DNA from: Desulfosudaceae bacterium
GTDB taxonomy: Bacteria > Desulfobacterota > Desulfobacteria > Desulfobacterales > Desulfosudaceae
DNA: 64,000 nucleotides
Assembly (NCBI GenBank): GCA_963674745.2
Contig: CAXXDV010000003.1
Coordinates: 2,560,001-2,624,000, forward strand
Direction of reading: 5' to 3'
This document shows positions 1 to 9,498 of the stretch, piece by piece. The notes beneath the pieces are model-generated. The model worked only from the letters and a program-made list of their open reading frames with translations. It was not told the origin of the DNA and did no database searches. The position numbers were made by a program, and so were the translations under genes. Each line of letters begins with the position of its first letter. Position 1 is the first letter of the stretch.

Positions 1-1
1 A

Positions 2-214
2 AAATTCGTCATTTCCGATGAAACCGACTATTGTTTTGCTCGTGATTTCTCCCGGAACATTGAGAATTTACCCAGCGCTAACATTCTTTTCTCCCCGGTC
101 AGCGGCGTGCTGCCGGCGGCCACACTGGCGGAATGGATCCTCAGGGATCAGCCTGGTGTCAGAATGCAGTTACAGTTGCATCAGATCATCTGGAAAGGAG
201 AACGGGGCAAATGA
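2..214 (+). CDS. queE: 7-carboxy-7-deazaguanine synthase, C-terminal part (truncated by window edge)
   Basis: Frame 2 reads [10 protein letters not shown]...LFSPV...[29 protein letters not shown], a typical QueE C-terminus; its stop overlaps the queC ATG (ATGA 211-214). Not in the ORF track. Confidence 0.85.
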   Translation, partial: KFVISDETDYCFARDFSRNIENLPSANILFSPVSGVLPAATLAEWILRDQPGVRMQLQLHQIIWKGERGK

Positions 215-900
215 CGCAGCCGGGAAAAAAAGCGGTTGTTCTCTCCAGCGGTGGTGTCGATTCCACCACGGCCATGGCCATAGCGGCTTCTGAAGGCTAT
301 CGCCTTTACAGCCTGAGCTTTGCCTATGGCCAACGTCACCGGGCGGAACTGGCAGCTGCCGACCGGGTCGCCGCCAGGATCGGCGTCAAAACGCACCTGG
401 TCCTGGACATCGGGCTGGATAAAATCGGCGGGTCGGCATTGACGGACGACATTGAGGTCCCCAAATCCGGGCATACCGGCCCGGCGGAAATTCCCGTGAC
501 CTACGTTCCGGCCCGTAATACCATTTTTCTCTCCTGCGCCCTGGCCTGGGCCGAAGTGGTCGGAGCCTTTGACATCTTTATCGGTGTCAATGCCGTTGAT
601 TACAGCGGCTATCCGGACTGCCGCCCCGAGTTCATCGAAGCTTTCGAAAAAACGGCCAACCTGGCCACGCGGGCAGGTGTTGCCGGCAGCCGACCGTTTT
701 CCGTAAAGACCCCGCTGATCCATATGACCAAAGCGGAGATCATCAAAACCGGTATCGCGTTGGGCGTTGACTATTCGATAACCTTAAGCTGTTACGACCC
801 CTCGGCCGAGGGGCTGGCCTGCGGACAATGTGACAGCTGCCGCATCCGGAAAAAAGGATTTGCCGAAGCAAACGTTCCTGATCCCACCTGCTACGCCTGA
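211..900 (+). CDS. queC: 7-cyano-7-deazaguanine synthase
   Basis: SGGVDS PP-loop, [17 protein letters not shown] and C-terminal CYD...CGQCDSC Zn site; AGGAG RBS at 196-200 favours ATG 211 over 133. Confidence 0.95.
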   Translation: MTQPGKKAVVLSSGGVDSTTAMAIAASEGYRLYSLSFAYGQRHRAELAAADRVAARIGVKTHLVLDIGLDKIGGSALTDDIEVPKSGHTGPAEIPVTYVPARNTIFLSCALAWAEVVGAFDIFIGVNAVDYSGYPDCRPEFIEAFEKTANLATRAGVAGSRPFSVKTPLIHMTKAEIIKTGIALGVDYSITLSCYDPSAEGLACGQCDSCRIRKKGFAEANVPDPTCYA

Positions 901-2123
901 GCGATCGCCTTGATCCTGTCCATAACCGGCGGATGTGAATAATGGAGCATCACATAAAAAGGATGCGGCGTCAGGTTGGACAGGTTGTCCCGACTGAGCC
1001 GCTTTAAAGCCGATACCATGAGTTCGGGTTTTTTCGTGGTCTCGACCGCGAAACGATCGGCCTCGTATTCATGGCGGCGGGAAACACAAAGAACGGCCAG
1101 GCCGACCACAAAATCAATCACCCCGTAAAGCAGGCTGAAAAAGACCAGGCCCGCGTATACCGACGGCTGATTCACAAAAAAGGCTTCAAAAAGGGGCGGC
1201 CAGGCGATGAACCAGGATAACAGGTAGAACATGACGCCGGCCTGTAAAATCGTCAATGCGGACATCTTCAGCAGGTGACGTTTTTTATAATGCCCGATTT
1301 CATGGGCCACAATCGCGACGATTTCATTCGGGGGGTGCTGGTCGATGAGGGTGTCAAACAGGACCAGGCGTTTTTTCTCACCCAGGCCGGCAAAAAAAGC
1401 GTTGGATTTGGCGCTTCGCCGGGAACCGTCCATAACGAACACATTGACCAGGGGAAACCGGTTTTCCCTGGCGTAAGACATAACCATCTCTTTTAACTCC
1501 CCTTCATCCAGAGGGACAAATCGGTTAAACAGGGGCATGATCCAGGCCGGTACAATGACCTGCATGACCAGCATAAAAGCGGAAAGCGCCATCCAGCAGC
1601 ACAACCAGGCATGGCTGCCGGCATACTCAAAAAAAGCCAAGACACCGGCCAGCAGTGGCATACCCAGCACGATGGCCAGGCCGACCACTTTCAATCGGTC
1701 AAGAACAAACAGACGCGGCGTGGTTCGGTTGAACCCGTAGCGGCCTTCCACCACAAACGTTCCGTACCAGGAAAAGGGAAGGCTGATCATCCCCCCGGCA
1801 GCCAGCAGTATGCCAATATAAACAATACCCGACCAGATCGGGGAAAGCTCCCGGGCGCGAACCCATTCGTCCAGAAGCCCGAACCCGCCACACAACCAGA
1901 AAACAAGAAAAACAGCCAGGTCCACCAATGCCGAAAACCGCCCCAGACGGGTCTTGGAACGCAAATAGTTCTGAGATTCAGAATACTTATCAGATTCATA
2001 GACGCCCACAAAACTTTCCGGCAGTTCTTCGGAAAGGGCTGACAGATTCAGATGGTCCGCCAGCCAGTCAACCAGAAAATGAACCAGTACAGCAACCAGA
2101 ATAAAAACAAAAATGATATTCAT
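891..2123 (-). CDS. M48 family (Ste24-like) membrane zinc metalloprotease
   Basis: Multiple TM segments, DGSRRS..SNAFF.G, HEIGH, EYEAD and YSHPP motifs. Confidence 0.9.
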   Translation of the reverse strand: MNIIFVFILVAVLVHFLVDWLADHLNLSALSEELPESFVGVYESDKYSESQNYLRSKTRLGRFSALVDLAVFLVFWLCGGFGLLDEWVRARELSPIWSGIVYIGILLAAGGMISLPFSWYGTFVVEGRYGFNRTTPRLFVLDRLKVVGLAIVLGMPLLAGVLAFFEYAGSHAWLCCWMALSAFMLVMQVIVPAWIMPLFNRFVPLDEGELKEMVMSYARENRFPLVNVFVMDGSRRSAKSNAFFAGLGEKKRLVLFDTLIDQHPPNEIVAIVAHEIGHYKKRHLLKMSALTILQAGVMFYLLSWFIAWPPLFEAFFVNQPSVYAGLVFFSLLYGVIDFVVGLAVLCVSRRHEYEADRFAVETTKKPELMVSALKRLSRDNLSNLTPHPFYVMLHYSHPPVMDRIKAIAQA

Positions 2124-2339
2124 TTAAACACTTTTTAATCCCGGGCATTTTATACCGGCTCCCTCCGGCATGCCTGATTTACGGTTTTAATCCCCGGCAT
2201 GATATGTGTTCATACCGATATTTGGCAATCGGGTTCCCATTTTTGTCATCCTATACAGTCGGCCCCGCCTTGTCAATTCAGACTTAAAATATATGTTTTT
2301 TAAGCAGGTTAAAACATCATGAAAAATTATATTGCCAAA

Positions 2340-2492
2340 TGTCTCATCAAAACGAGACAAAAAAAATGAAATTGTATCAAAAAAGATTAATAGTAGCCCT
2401 GCGTTTAAATTCTATCTCAACAAAAAAAATATAAACATATCAAATATTTAAAATAAATAAACGGCTGCGGGGAAAACGGCACGGTTTTTGTA
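2340..2492 (+). promoter_or_regulatory. Putative sigma54 promoter with IHF site and upstream activator palindrome
   Basis: TGTCTC-N8-GAGACA palindrome 2340-2359; TATCAAATATTTA (IHF consensus WATCAANNNNTTR) 2438-2450; CGGCACGGTTTTTGTA (-24/-12-like) 2477-2492. Confidence 0.6.
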
Positions 2493-2613
2493 TCTAGTTT
2501 CTATGTAGACCCGACGATGAACAGACATGTTGAAGTTTTGGTTGGGGGAGTTATCATGGCTGATTTAACCTGTCGGATTTGTTGATAACTTCAAGGACGA
2601 AAAGGAGGCGATC

Positions 2614-3207
2614 ATGTTTTTTAAACAGATTCTGATGGATGATTCCGGCGCCCTTTCGTACATCATCGGGTGCCCGCGGGAAAAGACCGCCTGCGTTGTT
2701 AACCCCAAAAAAGATATCAGTGAATATCTGGATTCAGTTGCTGCCCACGGGATGAAAATTACAACGATTTTTGAAACCGCCGGTTATGCAAAAAACAAAA
2801 GCGGACAAAAAGAATTGTCTGCCCTGACCGGCGCGCCTGTGTATTTTCTTGAAAAAAAAGAAAAGCATGGCGGAAAGCTGGCTCAGGCCGGATCAACATT
2901 CGATTTTGGCGATGCTGAAATCCGTATTGTCAATTCACCACAATACAATGCCTTTTCGTCCTCTGTTCTTGTCATCGACCGTAAGAACCAGGACAAACCC
3001 TGGCTGGTCCTGACACGGCGCTGCCTGTATACCGACAACCTGTCTTCCGAACTTTCGGGCAAAGAACTGGCCAACCGGGTGATGGATTATGTTGATTTTT
3101 ACGAGGCGGAATCAGGGGACGGGCTGACGGACAATCTCGCCTCGTTGAGCCGGAACATTTTCAATACCAGCCGAACGGAAATCGCAAAAATGTCGTTGCC
3201 GGCATAA
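2614..3207 (+). CDS. Degenerate metallo-beta-lactamase-fold protein (persulfide dioxygenase/glyoxalase II-like) lacking metal ligands
   Basis: MFFKQI...LSYIIGC...VVNP.KD...IFET pattern of the family, with HxHxDH replaced by AGYAKN; GGAGG RBS. Confidence 0.65.
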   Translation: MFFKQILMDDSGALSYIIGCPREKTACVVNPKKDISEYLDSVAAHGMKITTIFETAGYAKNKSGQKELSALTGAPVYFLEKKEKHGGKLAQAGSTFDFGDAEIRIVNSPQYNAFSSSVLVIDRKNQDKPWLVLTRRCLYTDNLSSELSGKELANRVMDYVDFYEAESGDGLTDNLASLSRNIFNTSRTEIAKMSLPA

Positions 3208-3250
3208 GCGATCAAGCCGTTCATTATACAGGTCACGACAACACCTCTTG

Positions 3251-3288
3251 CGGCGTCGGGGCGAGTTTAAAAATATGCCCCGACGCTG
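3251..3288. terminator. GC-rich hairpin downstream of the 2614 gene
   Basis: CGGCGTCGGGGC / GCCCCGACGCTG stem, long loop, weak U tract. Confidence 0.35.
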
Positions 3289-3613
3289 TTCGTAAAATTT
3301 CGCTTGCCTTTTAAAGAAAAACATGACAGCTTGCCAATAGTTGTTGCTCAGCTTTCCAGATCTTTATCATAAATTTATACGAAACCTCACTTTCGCTGAA
3401 AGCATAAGGGACATCTGAAAACGGATCTTCAGAAAACCGTTTTCAAAATTTACAAGTGTCATCTTACCTGTCATTTTTTTGCGCGCCAGACACTTTATCA
3501 TACAGACCGGCTTAACACCCGGGGTTGTTCAGAACATATATGAACCAGTCGAGACCGCTGAAGAAAGAGCATACGGTCTGTCGTCTTACAGAATTGAGAC
3601 CTTATTTTAAAAT

Positions 3614-5032
3614 ATGAATATCGGTATTATTCATTACCATCTCAAACCGGGCGGTGTAACCACCGTTATTAACCAGCATATCCGGGCGACCCGGGATCAA
3701 AATGATTTCCTGATTATTACCGGTGAAAATCCGCCCGATGGCCAGGCACCGGCTTCCGTCTGTGTTATTCCCGAGATCGGTTATGATCACCGTGACGGCC
3801 GGCCGGCCTGCCAGGATCCGGAGGCAACCGCCGATGCCGTCATCAGCCGCCTGAAAGAAAGATGGGACCGGGGTTGTGATGTACTGCACATTCACAACCC
3901 CCTGCTGGCCAAAAACGCCCGGTTTTTAAAAACCATCAAAGCCCTGGCAGCCAAAGGCCAGCGCCTGCTGCTGCAGATACATGATTTTGCCGAAAACGGC
4001 CGGCCGGGAAGCTATTATGCGGATGAGACATATCCTGAGAATTGTCATCTGGCGGTTATCAACACCCGGGACAGGTATATTTTAATTGATGTCGGTGCCA
4101 GGCCCGAAGGGGTGCATTATATCGCCAATGCAGTCAGCACCTTGCCGGGACCCGAACAGATGCCGGATCCGGAAGCGGTCGTCCTTTATCCGGTTCGTGC
4201 CATCCGTCGTAAAAACATCGGCGAAGCCATATTGTTGTCCATGTTCTTTGAAAACAGGGAGGCCCTGGCGATTACGCTGCCGCCCAACAGCCCGGTCGAC
4301 TTTCCACCTTACAACGGCTGGCGGTCTTTTTGCAAAGCCAACGGGATCAATGTCCTTTTTGAGGCCTCATCCCGGCACTCCTTCCCGGAATGGGTTGCCG
4401 CCTGCCGGGGAATGATTTCAACCAGCATTACGGAAGGATTCGGGTTCGCCTTTTTAGAGCCCTGGACGGCTGAAAAGCCATTGTCCGGCCGGAAACTCCC
4501 CGACCTGTGCGCGGATTTCGAAGCCGCCGGCATGGGGCTTGATCACCTCTACTCCCGACTGGCAGTGCCTTGTGAATGGCTGGACAGGCCGGTTTTAAAA
4601 GAAAAAATCCGTCGGGCCGTGGCCGCCGGCCACCACGCCTATGGCCTGCCGCCGGCCGGCAATACCATGGCGGACTTTCTGGCCCTGGCCGACCGGGAAA
4701 CGATTGATTTCGGCATGCTGGATGAAACACTCCAGAAACAGGTCATTGCCCGGGTACTTAAGTCACCGGCGGACAGGCAGCGGTTGATCCTGGAAAACCC
4801 CTTTCTGGAACACTTCGGGCATTCGGTCAAACCGGAAGCAATCGCCCGTAACAACCGGGTGATCCGTGAAAAATTCAATGAAAAAAGGTGCGGTGAACAG
4901 TTGATGGCCGCCTACCGGCGGACTGTTGCCGAACCGGTTTCACACCGCCTTGACCAAAAACGATTGTTGTCCCGGTTTTTCAATCCCGATTATTTCAGCC
5001 TGCTTCAATGGGGAGAATATGAAAACGATTGA
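3614..5032 (+). CDS. GT-B fold glycosyltransferase (GT4-like)
   Basis: HYHLKPGGV N-terminus, YPVRAIRRKNIGEA and STSITEGFGFAFLE (E-x7-E) motifs. Confidence 0.8.
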   Translation: MNIGIIHYHLKPGGVTTVINQHIRATRDQNDFLIITGENPPDGQAPASVCVIPEIGYDHRDGRPACQDPEATADAVISRLKERWDRGCDVLHIHNPLLAKNARFLKTIKALAAKGQRLLLQIHDFAENGRPGSYYADETYPENCHLAVINTRDRYILIDVGARPEGVHYIANAVSTLPGPEQMPDPEAVVLYPVRAIRRKNIGEAILLSMFFENREALAITLPPNSPVDFPPYNGWRSFCKANGINVLFEASSRHSFPEWVAACRGMISTSITEGFGFAFLEPWTAEKPLSGRKLPDLCADFEAAGMGLDHLYSRLAVPCEWLDRPVLKEKIRRAVAAGHHAYGLPPAGNTMADFLALADRETIDFGMLDETLQKQVIARVLKSPADRQRLILENPFLEHFGHSVKPEAIARNNRVIREKFNEKRCGEQLMAAYRRTVAEPVSHRLDQKRLLSRFFNPDYFSLLQWGEYEND

Positions 5033-5864
5033 CAGCCGCATCGCCGACCGTGTCGTGCCACTCACACCCCTTGATACCGGCCTTGAACCGAGCGGAATTC
5101 TGCCCGAAAAGCCTGACGCGTTTCTATTTGATGTGTACGGTACACTGCTGATCAGCGCCTCGGGAGACATTTCCGTCGGCAACGATGCCAAAACGCCTTT
5201 CCGTTCGCTGGCCGTGTTGCTGAACCAGTATTCCGTGCCCGGACAACCCGAAGACTTGTGCCGGTCGTTGCGAAAAGAGATTGTGGCCACCCACGAACGA
5301 ATGAAAAAACAGGGAGTTGATTATCCTGAAGTTGAAATAGACCGCGTCTGGCAGGCTGTTCTGGGTACCGATGATCGGGATCTGGCAAGACAATTTGCGC
5401 TGGAATTTGAAATGGCCGTAAACCCGGTTTACCCGATGCCCGACGCGGCATCGATTTTAATCGCCCTTCGCAAAAAAAATATCCCGGCCGGTATTATTTC
5501 CAATGCCCAGTTTTATACCGGCCATTTATTTAAACTGTTTTTCGGCGACCTGCCCCAGGATTCATGGGCCGATCCGGAATTGATTTTTTATTCATTTGAA
5601 CATGGACATGCCAAGCCCTCGGCTTACCTCTTTAAGCAGGCGGCCGACGTCCTCGGCAAAAAAAAGATCGCTATTTCAAAGACGCTGTATGTGGGTAATG
5701 ATATGATTAAAGACATCGCCCCGGCAGCCGCCCTGGGCTTTAAAACCGCTCTTTTTGCCGGTGATGCCCGGTCTCTGCGACTGGGGAAAAAAAACCCGGG
5801 CGGTTCAGGCCCAAAACCCGACCTGGTGATAACGGCCCTTGATCAGCTGGCGCCTTATATATAA
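5019..5864 (+). CDS. HAD-superfamily hydrolase (probable phosphatase)
   Basis: FDVYGTL, IISNAQ, KP and YVGNDMIKD motifs; GGAG RBS before ATG 5019, overlapping the GT gene. Confidence 0.85.
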   Translation: MKTIDSRIADRVVPLTPLDTGLEPSGILPEKPDAFLFDVYGTLLISASGDISVGNDAKTPFRSLAVLLNQYSVPGQPEDLCRSLRKEIVATHERMKKQGVDYPEVEIDRVWQAVLGTDDRDLARQFALEFEMAVNPVYPMPDAASILIALRKKNIPAGIISNAQFYTGHLFKLFFGDLPQDSWADPELIFYSFEHGHAKPSAYLFKQAADVLGKKKIAISKTLYVGNDMIKDIAPAAALGFKTALFAGDARSLRLGKKNPGGSGPKPDLVITALDQLAPYI

Positions 5865-5996
5865 AACCATTGTAAAAATAAGGAAACATGATGTACTCGT
5901 AAAAGGTTAAACTTGGGATGAAAATAAACGGAATGCCAGACGATTTCTGGCAAAAATAAATTAATCATGATATGTTAATGATTAAATCACAAAATT

Positions 5997-6512
5997 ATGG
6001 AGGCACAACCAATGAGTGAATTTTTAAAAAACCTGCGCAGTAATCAGGGCTATAACCAGAAACAGTACGATGCCAAATACAAGGGGCAGCAGCAAAATCG
6101 CAACAAGGGCGGCGGCGGCAAACAGCAACAGCAGCAGACAGCCGACATTCCGCCTTACTTGAAAGCGCTTTTTGATGACCTGGCCCCGGCCATCAAAAAT
6201 TATCTGAATCAGGCGGCGGAAAGCCAGGCGCGGGTGGCGGCCGCCCATGAAAAAAACGCCCAGGCCATTGAAAAAATGATGGAAGCCCTGCCGGAACTGA
6301 TCCAGCAGGCGCCCTTGAGAAGGGAACCGCGCAAAAGAAAAATCAGCGCCCGCAAGCAGGAACTGCTGGACCTGATCAAAAAGCTGCGTGATGAAAACAT
6401 GACCTATGAAGAAGTCGCCGCCTACCTGGAAAAAAACAAAATACCCACATTTTCCGGGCGCGGTCGCTGGCACGCCCAGACCATTCACCGCCTGTACATG
6501 TATTATCCCTAA
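5997..6512 (+). CDS. Hypothetical protein with Q/G-rich segment, coiled coil and C-terminal recombinase-type DNA-binding domain
   Basis: TYEEVAAYLEKNKIPTFSGRGRWHAQTIHRL resembles the DNA-binding domain of large serine recombinases; start may be 6012 (GGAGG upstream). Confidence 0.6.
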   Translation: MEAQPMSEFLKNLRSNQGYNQKQYDAKYKGQQQNRNKGGGGKQQQQQTADIPPYLKALFDDLAPAIKNYLNQAAESQARVAAAHEKNAQAIEKMMEALPELIQQAPLRREPRKRKISARKQELLDLIKKLRDENMTYEEVAAYLEKNKIPTFSGRGRWHAQTIHRLYMYYP

Positions 6513-6600
6513 TCATCTTCCTGTTTGCCATCCTGTTGACGCCACAAACCGGATCATGTGCTGTATGCGTTGCTGATACGGATACCCCATCGTTCATGCC

Positions 6601-6641
6601 AAAAAAAAGACTTTCCCGGACAAACGGTCCGGGAAAGTCTT
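6601..6641 (-). terminator. Rho-independent terminator of the minor pilin operon (possibly bidirectional)
   Basis: Perfect 15-bp stem AAGACTTTCCCGGAC/GTCCGGGAAAGTCTT with an A8 run (U tract on minus strand). Confidence 0.8.
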
Positions 6642-6672
6642 CAAAGAAGGCATGTTTCTGTTGTTTATCAAT

Positions 6673-7215
6673 TTAAAAGCGCATCCTGTATCCGCACTTG
6701 ACGATTGACTCGGTGTTATCGTTTCGCATCGCCCCAACGCCCCTGCCATAAAGGGAAAACTGATACAGGGAAGTCGGATCGGTCATATCAAGACTGCTGC
6801 CGGCAGCGATACCTTCGTACCGGACCAGAAAGCCGGCATTATTAACCCCACAGGTGTGGAAATCGCCGTAATCAGGAGCGCCATGATCACCGCGGAAATC
6901 ACCCACATCGACATCATGAAAATCATAGTTTATATAATGTCTTACCCAGGTATCATCAGAGTCATCTATCAATAAATCGTTGGTCACATTGAAATCAGCC
7001 GTATAGTCATCCATGATCTGAACCGCCTGCCGCACAGCGGCTTCGGCCAGGTACAAGGACTGCCGGTAAATAGCGTGGTTGCGCGCAATGCTGCTTTCCA
7101 CGACCGTGTCATTGATAGCGGTCAGGCCGGCAATGGTCAGTGTCACCATAACCATCAGCGCCAGGGCCATGACCGATCCTTGTTGATTCTTGATGGGTGA
7201 AATCATATTTTTCAC
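6673..7215 (-). CDS. pilX: Type IV pilus minor pilin, PilX-like
   Basis: QQG|SVMALALMV leader lacking Glu5; A.Y.AEA-like LYLAEAA; last gene of the pilin cluster. Confidence 0.7.
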   Translation of the reverse strand: MKNMISPIKNQQGSVMALALMVMVTLTIAGLTAINDTVVESSIARNHAIYRQSLYLAEAAVRQAVQIMDDYTADFNVTNDLLIDDSDDTWVRHYINYDFHDVDVGDFRGDHGAPDYGDFHTCGVNNAGFLVRYEGIAAGSSLDMTDPTSLYQFSLYGRGVGAMRNDNTESIVKCGYRMRF

Positions 7216-7233
7216 GTTTCAACCTCCATCCCG

Positions 7234-7818
7234 TTAAATCGATGCTGATTTCAGACTAGTCAGCTCGATCATTTTGTCGCTGCTGTTTTCCCAATTCGCC
7301 TTAAGGCCTTTACCCCAGCGCACCCGAACGGTAATCCGTTTGATCAGACCGGGACCTCCGGTAGGGTTGGCTTTATAAACCGGCGTGCCATCAGGCATGT
7401 TTCCCAGATTGTCGTCAGCATCAAGATCCTCCACCCGCCAGGAAAGCGCAAAAATGTCATCAAACGCCGGATGAGTTGTAATATCATCGACACCGTCCTC
7501 GTCATAGTCCAACCCTGCGAATTCATCAGGGGTATGCCAGGCGCCGTCGTCATCCAGGGCCGCGTAGTCCAGGGGGTCCTCGAGATCGGCCTTGTCCGTG
7601 CCAAGGGCCAGCAGGCGCTCCATGTAATCGGAAGCATATTCCACAGCCATGGTATTCATCCTGGAAGAAGAGTTTCGCGTCACCGATGATGTCTGCATAC
7701 CGGCCACGGCCAGCAGGCCTATGGAAAAAACGGCTAGGGCCAGCAGCACCTCAATCAGGCTGAATCCGGCATGGCCTTCCGGTTCACCATATTTTTTTTG
7801 CGATAAGGATCTTATCAT
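7234..7818 (-). CDS. pilV: Type IV pilus minor pilin, PilV-like
   Basis: AG|FSLIEVLLALAVFSIGLLAVAGMQ prepilin motif. Confidence 0.8.
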   Translation of the reverse strand: MIRSLSQKKYGEPEGHAGFSLIEVLLALAVFSIGLLAVAGMQTSSVTRNSSSRMNTMAVEYASDYMERLLALGTDKADLEDPLDYAALDDDGAWHTPDEFAGLDYDEDGVDDITTHPAFDDIFALSWRVEDLDADDNLGNMPDGTPVYKANPTGGPGLIKRITVRVRWGKGLKANWENSSDKMIELTSLKSASI

Positions 7819-7836
7819 CTATGTTCTCCTTGTTCC

Positions 7837-8607
7837 CTAACGCACCATGTTGCGGCACAAAACCGTCGTGGTCACCAGCTCGCGTCGGTACGCGTCATTA
7901 TAGGGTCCCCAGTCATTTCCGCTCAGCGTCGTATAAACCTGTGTATCCGGGGCACCGGCAAAGGATGGATGTTCGGTCCGGACCAGGATCGATATACCGA
8001 CCTGGCTGATATTGCCACGTTGGCTCGCGGCCGGGCTGGTCGTTCTTGTACCGTTAGCCAGTGTATAATAAAATTCCAGGGCCTCTACATCGTCGGCAAT
8101 CAATTCATCCTCCCGGACCGCGTTGGCGTTATCGACTTCAATAAAGGCCCGGTGAATCTCGTTGCCCTGAAGACTGAAGCGGATGCACTCGACCTCTTCT
8201 ATCTCATCCGTATCGCCGTCGCCGTTGTTGTCAATGCCGTCTTTTTCAAGGTCTTCATCCGTTTCACCGTCATCATCATTATCAACATTGTCTTCATTGC
8301 AGATCGGATCTCTAAAAGTGAATTCAAACACGGTCGAGGTGGCATTGGTTATCGTTCCGGCCGTGGGATCTGTGGGGTCATCCGAAAAACCGGCCATGAC
8401 CATGTCCCGTTGCATAAAGTAAACACCGGCGCGGATATTCTGCTGCATCTGCACCGCCATCTTCTGGTTTTTGCTTGTCTGGCTTTGAGCATAAAAAGCG
8501 CTGACGATGAGACCGACAACAATCATACCGATGAAGATAGCGATTAACATTTCCACCATCGTAAAGCCGCGCTCTTTTCCTGTTGTTTGCTGGCGTAAAC
8601 AATTCAT
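7837..8607 (-). CDS. pilW: Type IV pilus minor pilin, PilW-like
   Basis: RG|FTMVEMLIA, MQQNIR...RDMVMAGF, C-terminal CRN. Confidence 0.8.
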   Translation of the reverse strand: MNCLRQQTTGKERGFTMVEMLIAIFIGMIVVGLIVSAFYAQSQTSKNQKMAVQMQQNIRAGVYFMQRDMVMAGFSDDPTDPTAGTITNATSTVFEFTFRDPICNEDNVDNDDDGETDEDLEKDGIDNNGDGDTDEIEEVECIRFSLQGNEIHRAFIEVDNANAVREDELIADDVEALEFYYTLANGTRTTSPAASQRGNISQVGISILVRTEHPSFAGAPDTQVYTTLSGNDWGPYNDAYRRELVTTTVLCRNMVR

Positions 8608-9048
8608 TTATTGCACCCTTATATTCCCGGTGGCATCGACGACGATGTTGCTGACCCTCCCGCCGCCGGAGCCCAGGCGAAGGGTGACCGTGCCGTTATT
8701 AATCAAATCCTGTAAATTTCTCGCAAACCCCAGGTTATTGAAAATGGCGACATTACCTGATTCCGTGAAGTTCACGGCGGAAAAAACAACACCTTCCAAG
8801 GTTCGCTGTTGTCCGTTCAGTGTGTATGAATTGGTACCGGTGCTAAAGTTCACCCTCATCATCGTATTGCCCTTGATCGCCAGCGTTCGGGCTTTCTGGA
8901 GGTCGGAATAAACCTGGCGAGCGCCTTGGGACAGTATGGCATTGTTCCGCCAGCCGATAAAATTGGGCACGATTGCCGCCGAACTGATAGCAATGATGGC
9001 AATTACCACCATCATTTCTATCAAGGTAAAACCGGATTTTTTACACAT
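8608..9048 (-). CDS. FimT/FimU/GspH-like pilin
   Basis: SG|FTLIEMMVVIAII, DLQKARTLAI, FNNLG; AGGAGAG RBS supports start 9048. Confidence 0.8.
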   Translation of the reverse strand: MCKKSGFTLIEMMVVIAIIAISSAAIVPNFIGWRNNAILSQGARQVYSDLQKARTLAIKGNTMMRVNFSTGTNSYTLNGQQRTLEGVVFSAVNFTESGNVAIFNNLGFARNLQDLINNGTVTLRLGSGGGRVSNIVVDATGNIRVQ

Positions 9049-9086
9049 GGATCTCTCCTGGAAAAATACCTTTTGAATTAATTCCA

Positions 9087-9150
9087 TCCAAAAATCATGC
9101 CACCTTTTTCGAACAACTCACCAACTGCGATATTTAAAATCAACACATTG
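9087..9150 (-). promoter_or_regulatory. Putative sigma54 promoter plus IHF site of the pilin operon
   Basis: Minus-strand TGGCATGATTTTTGGA (9102-9087; -12 element GG instead of GC); AATCAACACATTG IHF match 9138-9150. Confidence 0.5.
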
Positions 9151-9498
9151 GAATATATATAAAAAAAGTCCTCACACCTTAAGCAATGATGTTTTATTGT
9201 TTTTTCATAATTTGTTTTTTTAAACCAAAGCCTAAAAAATTTTAATACCCGCTATAAAATTTTTTAGTACCTGGAAATCGACTTTTTTCTCAAAACGATG
9301 TTAAACAATGCATTATAGACTTTATTTAGCCGGCAGGAACCAGTATGATTACCCCATCCCGCAGCTTAAAAAAGAAACAGAAAACATTTATTTATACTAG
9401 ATACCGCCTTTCGTTTTAGTGTAATAATTATCGACATATCCTGGCAGAGAAAAATCCGGACAAAGGCCCGGAAAACGATCGACTGCTTCGAGAAACTC

